62,107 bases of DNA from Proteromonas lacertae (taxonomy: Eukaryota), in contig NGBS01000022.1 of NCBI GenBank assembly GCA_002245135.1, forward strand, positions 62,001-124,107, in the 5' to 3' direction. The notes under the pieces are model-generated. The model ran no database searches. It was not told the origin of the DNA and saw nothing but the letters and a program-made list of their open reading frames with translations. Positions within the stretch are counted from its first letter, which is position 1, and every line of letters begins with the position of its first letter. Both the position numbers and the translations under genes were made by a program. Of this stretch, positions 41,801 to 52,702 are shown piece after piece.

Positions 41801-44594
41801 ATGTTAATGACATTTTTTAAGGTATTGACAGTTTTGTTCATTACTGAAATTGCACTTGTTGCATCTCAAGGTGATGTAAAAGGTTGTATGGGATTTGTTA
41901 AACCTGATGCTTCAATGGTTTTGTATATTTGCATTGTTCTATCCAATTATAGAGATCAAAAGCCTCATTTCGCAAATGTGGTAGTGAAATTAATTGGCAC
42001 TGATAGAAATATTAAATCATCAACTGAATGTTTACCTAATGGTTATTACTTCCTTCCAATTGATGAATCTGTATAATTAAATTGTAGTATATTATTTTAT
42101 TAGGGAAAATATGCGATAGAACTATCAGGAATTGAAGGATGGAATGTCTCTCCCTCTAAAATAGATGTAGAATACGATGGTAATGAAGTAAAAGGATGTA
42201 AAGACATAACATTCTTTGTGAAAGGATTTAAAGTGGAAGGTAAAGTAGAATCAAATAAAAAAGGTATATCAGGAGTAAAAATTGATTTACTCAAGAATAA
42301 CAAAGTAATAGAATCAGCATCTACTGATTATAAAGGAAAATATACATTTGCATCAGTTGCTCCAGATAATTATGTATTAAAAGCAAACCATGAAAGTTTT
42401 GAAATAAAAAATAATCAAATCAATTTCGAAATGAAATGGGGTAGTAAAGTCATAGATGAAGTATTTGAAATTAATGGTTTCAATGTAAAAGGAAGAATAA
42501 CAAAATTAGATAGTAAAAGCGAAGGATTAAAAGATATTTCATTTGAAATAATGTCAAGAAATGGTCAAGGTAAGTGTGGTAAAATAAATAAAGAATGTGA
42601 AGTAAAATCTAATGAGAATGGATACTTTGAATTTAAATCAATCGAACCAGGAACATATATAATTGTATAAATTAATATTTATTTACTTATTTATTTATTA
42701 TATAATACAATAGAAACCAGTTGTTGAATCAAAATTCTTAGAAATTGAACCATCACAAATTGAAACTGTTATTAATACAGATAATGTATTATTAAGTAAC
42801 AATTTTGAATTGAAAAGTGTATTAGTAAAAGGCAAAGTAATTGGTGGAGGAGCTAACAGCATCAAAGGAATTAGTGATGTTTCAATAATGGTCAATAATA
42901 ATCATGAAATCTTTACTAATGAATTTGGAATATATGAAATAAGAATAAGACATAGTAAAGTGAATATTATTGCTAAAAAAGATGGTTATGAGTTTACAAA
43001 GATAGAAAACTTTACTCCAAAGTGTAATAACAATAAGAGCAATAAAAAAGAAGATATTCCTTTAATAAAAGTGACAAAAATGAGAATAAATGGAAGAATT
43101 GAATTTGGTAGCAATGATTTATCAAATGATTTAAAGAAAGTAAAACTATTCCCAAGAACTGTAAACATAATGAATTTAAATACAAATAAGAATAAAAAGA
43201 TAGAAAGTGATAATAGTGGAAAATTTACTGATTATATTGAAGTTGGTGTAAAATATGAAATTAGTGTAGAAATATCCAAGAAAGAGATATCTTTAGGGTT
43301 GAATCTAAGTCCCAGTAAACATACAGTAGAATTAACAGGTAGTGAATCAATCCCTGAAGTGATATTCAATAGTGTTTATGCATCTTTAACAATTAATATT
43401 TCAAGATTATCTCCTTCTACTCCTTCACCAGTTTCATTGGTTATAAAATCAGTTGATGAATTCAATTATGTTAAAGAAATTGAGATGAGAAATAATAGTA
43501 TCAAAATTGATAATATCCTTCCAGGAAGTTATGAAATAAGTATAAAAAATGAAAAGAATAGTTATTGTTATGGAGATAATCTTAAAGAGTTATTAAGTGA
43601 CTATAAAAAGAGTGAAAAAAATGAAAAAAAAACTATCAAATTAGTAGGTGAAAAGAATAATGAAATAACATTCTCCGAAAGTGGTTATAAATTACATTTA
43701 ATAAGTGAACATGAAGAAGATGTCATAATATCGAATGAAGTAAATAAATTTACATTAAAACAACATTTAGATGAAGAAAAAGAAGTTATTTATTGTAGTA
43801 AAACTACTGATTCATTTAATATTAAACCACAAAGTGATACTCAATATATAAATAATAATTATATAATTAATTCACAAAATAATAGAATAAGACTTGAATT
43901 ATCACCTATTGATGATATAAGGACATTGTTTATAAGTGGTGAAATAAAACAATCTATAGAGAATGTAGAGATAAAAGTAATTGATAAAAATGATAAGAAT
44001 TTGATATATACAAATAAAACTGATGATAAAGGAAAGTTTGTAGTTGGACCATTATATAATAATAGAGAATATGATGTGGTCGCTAATAAAATTGGATATG
44101 TATTTAAATTAGAGAAATCTGATAAAAATAATAATTATTATGTATTTTCAGGTAAAGAAACAGGTAGTATTGAAATAATAGTAAAAGATAAAAACAGTAA
44201 TAAAGGCTTAAATGAAGTATTAATGTCTCTTTCAAGTGAAAATTACTTTGATAATAAATACAGTGATGAAAATGGGAGATATATATTCAATGGCTTAAAT
44301 GATGGTGAATATTATGTAAAAGTAAATTTAGTCGAGTATAAATTTGAACCAAATTACATGTCAATCAAAGTGAAGAGTGGCAAAATGGATAAATATGAGT
44401 TTGTAGGAGTTAGAGTTGGTTATAGTATATTTGGTCGAATCATTGATATTAATAACAATGGAATAAAAGGATTAAAAATAATGAGTAAAATAGTGAATGA
44501 AAATAGTAATATAATAAGTAGTGAAAGTGATGTAAATGGTAATTATAGAATAAGAGGATTAGTTCCAAATAAGAGATATGAAATATATTTAAAA

Positions 44595-44637
<43 letters not shown>

Positions 44638-45227
44638 ATAATAATAATAATAATAATAATAATAGGAAGATAATAAATATATATTAATAAATCCATCCAA
44701 ATATGAGAAAGAAGCAAATGATGATTTGAAAAATATCAATTTCATAGTGTTAAATAAGAAATCAAGTCATTCAATATTTGGCTCAATAAATAGTAATTTG
44801 GAGGATAACTCTCATTTGAAAGTTGAATTATATCGTTCAAATGACAAAAATGCATTTAAAATGACAAGTCCATCAATATTTAAGTATATTTAATATAATT
44901 TTATGATAATATTGTAGTACATTTGAAATGAAGAATATAATAAGTGATAAGTATGAGTTGAAATTAAACTCAATAATAGATAATGAAATTGACACAACAG
45001 TAAATAGTTCTTCCATAACAATAAATCTAAATAGAAACAGTATTAATGAATATGAATTATACTATGAATTAAGTCATGAAAGTAATGAAAGAGTGAGTAT
45101 ATTTGGAATATTGTTTTATATATTAATGTTGTTAATAATAAGTTATTATTTGATTTTACCTAAACTTAGTTTATATGAAGAAGAAAGAGATAGAAAAAAG
45201 AAATTAGAAAAAGAAAAGAATAATTAA
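41801..45227 (+). CDS. NOMO: Nodal modulator (NOMO)-like ER type I membrane protein
   Basis: Signal peptide, GCMGFVK..VKL..TECLPNGYYFLPI, repeated carboxypeptidase-regulatory/prealbumin-like folds (SDVNGNYRIRGLVP) and a C-terminal TM. Confidence 0.88.
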
Positions 45228-45867
45228 TTCTTTTAAGTTATTATTGTTGATTTTTGTTATTTGTTTTTATAGTTATTTAAAAAACAAATTCAATTAAACT
45301 ATTATCTCATTACTAAAGTCGTTAGGACACACGCAAACAACTACCAGTATGATGATACTAAATATAATCAAGTAGATGATGAGATTTCTTTGATTCATTG
45401 AGATATGTGTTTGACCAATAAAATTGTTCTATTCTTCAAATTTATTTGTTTATAATTTGATGTAATTTATTTTAGACAGTTACATCTTCCTATCTATTGG
45501 TTAATATCATTGAAATAATAAATAATTCATCACTAAAACAAATAATAATTCCATGAAAAATAATAAATGAGGTTTAATAGGAAATTTGAATAAATGAACA
45601 TCCAAAATATATTTTATTAGCTATATTACAATTCTCATACTTTATATAAACTTTATATTTGTTCAGCATCAAGATGAACACTATATTTTAATGGTATTGC
45701 ATTAAATATTATCAACTATTACTCATTACTGCAATTAACATAATATAATGATATAATAATCATATAATCGAAAATGCTAGTGTAAAATAGAATAAAAATT
45801 ATAATGATATAAGTTTAATACATGATTCATACTAATTAAGCCTCATTTCAAATTAGTTTTGATTATT

Positions 45868-47420
45868 ATGAATAAACTAAAGATCGGGATTGATTTAGGC
45901 ACTACTTTTTCATGTTGTGGAGTGTACAAGGGTGATAAAGTTGATCTAGTCACTTTTAACGATAGTAATAGAACAATTCCTTCTTATGTGTTTTTTAATC
46001 CAAAGACTTCAGAGAGAGTAGTAGGTTCAGCAGCAAAAAATAATCCAAAAGCAATTGGTCAAGCAGTATTTGATTCAAAGAGATTTATTGGAAGAAGTTA
46101 TGATGACAGTAATATTCAAGATGATATAAAACATTGGCCATTTAAAGTAGTGAAAGGAAGTAAAAATGAGCCAGTAGTAGAGATATTACACAACAATTCA
46201 ACTCAAACTTTTACAGCCAATGAAATCTCAACTGAGATATTAAAATCTATAAAAGAAGTAGCTGATGAATTTTTAGGTCAAGAAAAACGATATAAAACCC
46301 AAGCTGTAATAACAGTTCCAGCTTATTTTAACCATCAACAACGAGTTGAAACAAAGAAAGCAGCAGAATCAGCGAATTTAGAAGTAATTCAAATAATAAA
46401 CGAACCAACAGCAGCAGCCATTGCCTATGCTTATCAAAAGATCCAATCTAAAAGTAAATGTAAAAATGAAGAAACTTTATTAATTTATGATTTTGGAGGA
46501 GGAACATTTGATGTTTCAATAATGAAAATCAATTTCAATTTAAAAGAAGTTCATGTGTCAGCAACAGGAGGAGATAGTCATTTAGGTGGTGAAGATATCG
46601 ATCAAATATTAGTAGATTATTTCTTAAAACAATATGGTAAAGATGTAAAAGAGAAACAACAAGCGAAATTAAAGAAATCTTGTGAAAAGAGTAAAATCTT
46701 ACTAAGTGCTGAAGGAGCATCTGATGCAACAGTAGATTGTGAATGGTTAGATGATGCTGGTATTGATACTGTATTAACGAAACCTCAATTTGAGAAATTA
46801 TTAAAAGATAATAAGATATTAGATCGAACAATGGATATAATTCAGAGAGTATTGAATGATGCTGAATTAAAAGAAGATATGATTGATGATATAGTATTAG
46901 TAGGTGGTTCAAGTAGAATACCATTAGTAACTGAACAATTGAAGAATAAATTCCCCAAAACGACAATATGTAAAGACACTAATCCTGATGAAGTTGTAGC
47001 TTTAGGAGCAACAGTTGCTGCTAACTTAAATGATTTTAAGTTTAACGTATTTGATGTAGTTTGTCATACTCTTTTAACTGATGTGAATGAAAATGAATTA
47101 TTTGTGAATGATAAAGAGAAATACCACAACTCCATGTAAATATACACAGACATTTGCTAATGGTGAAGATAATCAAGATTTTGTTGATGTAACAGTGTTT
47201 GAAGGTGATAGTAAAGATTTGGATAAAAACAGTATACCATGTCGAAAAGATGTTAGTATATTTGAATTACTATAAGTTAGAAGGTCTTCCCTTACCAAAT
47301 AAAGCAAGAGAATTTAAAATTAACATAACCTATTATGTAGATGAGAATGGATTATTAACAGTGGATGGTAAAGCTCAAAAAGGAGATAAATCGTTTAGTT
47401 TAAGAATACCGTTAAAGTAA
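45868..47420 (+). CDS. Atypical lidless Hsp70, copy B (complete 5' end, two +1 frameshifts)
   Basis: MNKLKIGIDLGTT, TVPAYF, INEPTAAAIAY, DFGGGTFDVS and VGGSSRIP. Extra A at about 47107 and 47260 relative to copy A. About 516 aa when corrected; no lid or EEVD. Confidence 0.85.
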
Positions 47421-48664
47421 CTTATTGAAATTTATCCTTGCATATTATTATTATTATTGTATTGTAATGAATATATTAATGAATAAAAGCTAGAAAAGTA
47501 TTCAAGATTGCTGTTGAAAAACAAACTTTACATTTAAACAAACAAAACAACATGTAATAACTACAGTATATTTATTTTGAATAGTGATGCAACAATACAT
47601 TTAAACAAAAAGGTTGTAAATGTCAGTTATACATGTGTAACTGACAAAAACACATTTTTAAATATTCAATTTATGAATTCCTTAATTTGTATCACTCGTA
47701 TGACTTTAATTCTTTTATAAAATAGTTATTTTATTGGTCACTTTTAATAGTGCAGCCAATGCAGCTGAGTTAAACTGTATTTTGAATTCTTTAATGTTAA
47801 ATAGATGGTGAATTAATTGAGAAAGCACTTGCTCACCTCAATCAAACCAACAGTCATTTAAATTTGAGAAATGGTGTTAAAGTATTTGATAATTGCCCAA
47901 TTCCTCAAAGTAAAGGTGTAATAGCTCAAGTAGACTTAGTAGTAGATCAAATAACAATTTACACGGGTGTTTATCTTACTGATAATGCTTTTGGTTTTGT
48001 CACTTCAATAAAATCAGAATATGACAAATTAAAGATGGCAGCTAAGGTGAAATTAGTATTTAAAGTAGGGAGAGAAGATAAGAACACTTTCACTTATTAT
48101 AGTCTAGGAGGTATTGATACTTCACAAACTGGTTTAGAATTATCAGCTAATGATTTCGATGCATTAAAAGAATTAGGATGTGAAGTAAGTGGATTTGTAA
48201 CAATCGATCAACTATATGAAAAATGTACATCTGATGCAGCAAAAGATAAAATTGATAAAATTAAAGAGTCAATATCAAATTCCTTCCATTTAGGTGTAGT
48301 TGCTTATATGAAATGTCCACAAAGTGAAAGAATATTAGAATCTGAAGGTGAAGCATATTTTGGAAAGACAGTTTTACCAACTCCAAGTGATATGACAGTG
48401 AGTGTAGGAGATAATAATGATATATTAACAAAGATGAGAAAAGATAATGTAAGTGGTATGTATATACCATCAATCATAGCTATAGTGATGATTGGACTAT
48501 TAATGCTATAATATTCCTCAATCATATTATTAAAAAATTAGAATGTTGTGATTTATGTATTTTATTGGGATAATACATACAAGAAGAAAAAAAGAGAGAG
48601 TTAAATTCACATAATTAAACACTCATCTTTCTCTTTCGGCTTAGCTCTGTTGGCATTTAATGGT
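45937..48664. repeat. Inverted segmental duplication, copy B (probable donor)
   Basis: Both ends fall inside genes that are complete here (Hsp70 5' part, ARM gene 3' end) but truncated in copy A. Confidence 0.93.
47673..48511 (+). CDS. Secreted, probably GPI-anchored surface protein (copy B)
   Basis: Same three-exon structure as copy A; two amino-acid differences seen (T/A and K/Q). Confidence 0.8.
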
Positions 48665-50609
48665 GGTAAATTAACAGAAGTAGCTTTCTTAATATTAGGA
48701 TCAAGTGATTCCAAATAACCAAGTGCAATTGCAGAAACATGTTGAATTGATTTATTATTTGGAAATAGTGAAACATTTCCATTAATAATCAAATCAATTC
48801 GTTTAGCATATAATTCATTCAATATATCAGGGAATGTACAAATATTAGCAACTACTTCTAAACCATATTGTTGGATCCTTTCATCATTTGGATATTGTTT
48901 TAATACCATTAGTAATAAGTCGATGTTATCAGCTATTACACCACTACTTGTATCTCTTAAACTAATACAACTCAATAGGCCCATATCTAATTCCATTAAT
49001 TTTTTATCAGTTATATATAATTTGATGATATGAATTACATAATCACATCCTCTGTTGTTGATTATTTCACTAATTGATGTTGGATCTATACAATTAATAA
49101 TATATATATATATATACTCTTTTCTATATAAGTCCATAATAACATCGATCCCCAATATACAATCTGATAATTCTTAATATTCTTCGATAATACATTAATA
49201 ATCAGATATAAAAATCCATTTAACTCCACTTGAGCATCATGATAGAAATAATAATAGAAATACACAAAGGTTCTTAATGAATTGATGATTAGTTGGGGAT
49301 TGTTGGATTTTAAACATTTTGTGATTATTTGCTGACCTCCTAGTAAGAATATTGACCGTGTATCATCCACTATATAATAAAAACAAAATAATAATTAATA
49401 TATATAATAATTATACTTCCTCCATTACATAAATTCTTTATTATGATCAATCCTTGAGTTAATATATATTCATTATTTGTATTATATATTATCATCATAA
49501 TCAGTGGTAAAATATTCAAGCTAAAAAAACGAGATAAAAATAATTCATTTTCTGTTAATTCACTTAGTAGTTTAAATAATCCACTATACCTTTCTATATC
49601 CATCAGTGGCTTAAATAATGATGAAATTTTGTAAATAAAATCAGATACAACTATTTCATTAATATGATTCTTCACTGTATTGGTAGCTAAGAGTAAATCG
49701 ATGAAAAAAGTTGAAACAGATTGATTTTTACATTCTAATAGTTGGGTTAATATTGATTCAAAAAGTGATGAAAATTCTTGACTTACATCTTCTATTTATG
49801 CAAATATATATAAATAGATATATACTTCTTTTAGCAAATTTGATTAACAATGGCATAATAACCGTAAATATATCTTTTTGCTTTTTATAATAACAATTCT
49901 CATTAGAATGTTGAAGAATATCTTTAATGAATTGAGATGGAAATATTTTCATATTTCCTTGTCTCGATATCAATCGATTGATTAGTTTATACATTGGCAA
50001 TAAGAATGTGTAATTATCCCATATATTATCCATAAATCTCTCATACATTTCGAATGATTTAATTGTTGGTATATAGTTAGGCGGCTTGACTAGATATAAT
50101 AATATAGATAATAAATCTGATATTGATATATTCTCAGACAGTAAATAACTCTCAAAATAGTGGTAATGATATTCATTGCTCAATATAATATCAGGTTCAT
50201 CATTATTCTCCAATATGTTTAAATAAATGTCAATTTGCATTTCTGTAATATCCGGAGTAGGTTGTTCCGGTGCTGACTGTATGTAATGAAGTAATTGGTC
50301 TGTATTTGTCAAATGTCTATGTAGCTCAGCTATATATTGTTTATTATATATTATCATTTTAAAATTATACGATTCATTGTAAGTTTTCTAAAGATTTTTG
50401 AAACAGCTACATAATTTTCACTAGCTAACGGCATTAAATGATTAAATAAGTTATCAAATCCAACATTTTCTAACCATTTTATAGAACTGGAATCTATAAC
50501 ACATTAATATTTAAAACATACCTTTAAAGTTAAAATTAGTCATATATTTAATAAATAGATCTCCATCTAAACATAACTTGTCAAAATCCACTTCTTCATT
50601 ACTACTCAT
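48607..50609 (-). CDS. Helical ARM-like repeat protein ending in a CaaX motif (CLIM)
   Basis: Multi-exon gene from the ATG at 50609; ARM-like LLLMVLKQYPNDERIQQYGLEVVANI; C-terminus KPKEKDECLIM*. Confidence 0.7.
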
Positions 50610-50683
50610 TCGAGATAAAAACAATAAACAATATTTTTCTAATTTGGTTTGCGAAAAGTTTCATTCACCATAGAAATTAAAAC

Positions 50684-51496
50684 ATGCAAATACAGAACAA
50701 TTACCCTGTTTTACATATATGTGATATTTGTATCTCAGTACATATTTTGTTAATATTTTATTAGAACTGGAAAAATAAATTGAAACAAGATATTCTGCAA
50801 GTTTTTAGAAGTCATAGAATACTACCAGATTTGAATGATGACTTTACTGTAAAATACAACATTAGATGTTCTGAAATAAAAGCATGGTTGGGCAAAAGAA
50901 TTCCTGATTTATCAGACGATGCTTTGTTAAGCGCACTGCAATGGTTAGAATATAAAGGAATGAAAAGTGAAATAATGACATTTCAAACCTATTTACAAGA
51001 AAGTATACACATTTTTTATAGATTTTTTGATTTTATAGAAGAGAATGAAATGCTAGAAAGATTATTCCCAGATTCAGTTAGAACAGGATTATGTCAAATC
51101 ACAATCAACGTATCTGAACCACATTTCTCCTATCACGACACATTTACATGGAATGTTTTTCATCCAGATTCTACTCCAGAAGAATTTATAAAATTACTAT
51201 GTGAAGAAATAAATATACCTAAAGAATATGAAAATTTACTGTTACTAGAAATGAATCATGAAATAACACAATTTCAGAATATAATAAAGAATAAAAGAAT
51301 ATCACAAAATCAAATCAATCAACCTTATAGCAATTCATTTGATTTAGTTAAACAACACTTTGCTGTTACTGATAATTATAATTCTTTGAATAAAACATTT
51401 TGTGAATTAGAAGATAATTATAAATTGTATTTATTTAATACTGCTGAAGCTAAAATATTAGATAATTTGAAAAGATCACCACTTTCTGAATTATAA
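50684..51496 (+). CDS. Protein with a SNF5/SMARCB1-like repeat
   Basis: ITINV....YHDTFTWNV....TPEEFIKLLCEEINIP resembles a Snf5 repeat. A 27-nt intron follows exon 1. Confidence 0.65.
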
Positions 51497-51589
51497 TAAT
51501 TAATATTGTTTGTTGTTTAAAACAAAAAATTAATATAAAAATAAAATAATATTCAAAAAAAACAATATTAATAAAGGATAAAATAAGAT

Positions 51590-52657
51590 TTATTCTTTAT
51601 TCATCCTTCTTTGCTTAAATTTTGATATTCTTTTTGGTTGTTCTTCTTCCTCTTCTACAATTTTATTTCTTTTAACAGAAATATCATTTTTATCATCTTC
51701 ATACAATGGATGTTCTATTACTTTACCATTAAACGCACTATCAGAATCATCAATTAAATGAGGAGCTGGTGGTGGTGGTAAGGTTAATTCTTTTGCAGGT
51801 TCTTCACACACTTTCTTGTGTTTCTTCCAATCTGCTTTTTGACATTCTTTTGAACAGTAGTAAGTACATTTACATTTTACACATTTAAACTGAGGATCAG
51901 GATTATTACAAAAATTACATCTTCTATTGTTACTTTTTTTTCTTTTCATTATTTCTTCTTGCTTTTGTTTTTCAATTTCTTCTTCTTGTTTTACTATTTC
52001 GTGTAATTTTCTTATTAGTTCATCATCATTACTTCCATTATTGACATTTCCTTCTTCTTCTTCTTCTGTATATACATCTGTTGGTGGTAATATTCCATTT
52101 TTTATTGCTTCCTCGTGATACTGATCCATTAATCTACTTTGTTTTATATATTTATCTTCTTTTGAATTTTCTTCTTCCTTTTCTAGTTTTTTCTTTTCTA
52201 TATATGGTTCATGTATATCGATTGTGCCATCTTTATTGAATGTAATATTTGGATTTTCTTTTAACATCTTCAATTTCTGTGTCTGCCCTTTCAATTCACA
52301 TTTTACAAGTTTTTTATGTCTTTTCAAAAAATCAACTGTCTATATAATTTGTATACTCCATATGTATAAATACTTCATAGGACGTTTTCCAAACAAAATA
52401 ATCTAGACCAATTTTACAGAGAAATTCATTTGTGTGTTTTACTTTTCCATACATAAAAGCATGATTACCAATTGGTATCTATATTTTTTATATTATGAAA
52501 TAACTTACATAGATTTTCTGTGTCATTTTCTTTGGGAATTCTTTAATAGTTGCTTCTAGATTTTCATATTTTTTGATATATGCGTCCAATTCTTTAATTC
52601 TACTTTTAATTTGTTCCTTTGTCTATTTATTAAGTATATAACGAGAAATACCTCCAT
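51590..52657 (-). CDS. URI1: URI1/Bud27 prefoldin-like protein with inserted MYND zinc finger
   Basis: Spliced IPIGNHAFMYGKVKHTNEFLCKIGLDYFVWKTS (alpha-prefoldin), C-terminal KRISKFKQRR (URI box), and MYND CNFC..KCVKCKCTYYCSKECQKADWKKHKKVC. Confidence 0.85.
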
Positions 52658-52702
52658 AAAAAAGTTGATTGAAAAAGTTTGGCTTGATTGTTTTTATAAA
52701 AA

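Noticed and set aside
8517..44663. (AAT)n, (CAA)n and (TA)n tracts as a CRISPR-like or functional repeat system
   Set aside because: Simple microsatellites encoding poly-Asn/Gln or lying within introns; no repeat-spacer structure.
45310..45420. Possible C/D snoRNA (ATGATGA boxes) upstream of Hsp70 copy B
   Set aside because: No matching CTGA D box or terminal stem was found; it may be decayed coding sequence.
20111..48664. The inverted repeats as terminal repeats of a giant transposon (Polinton/virophage-like)
   Set aside because: The repeats are host gene fragments and the interior holds housekeeping genes. I see no integrase, polymerase, capsid or target-site duplication.
3702..52406. Many short antisense or hydrophobic ORFs (e.g. 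3702, 8232, 10326, 21827, 30319, 40857, 46535) and YIYIYI-type peptide tails
   Set aside because: These are opposite-strand shadows of real genes or read-through into (TA)n introns.
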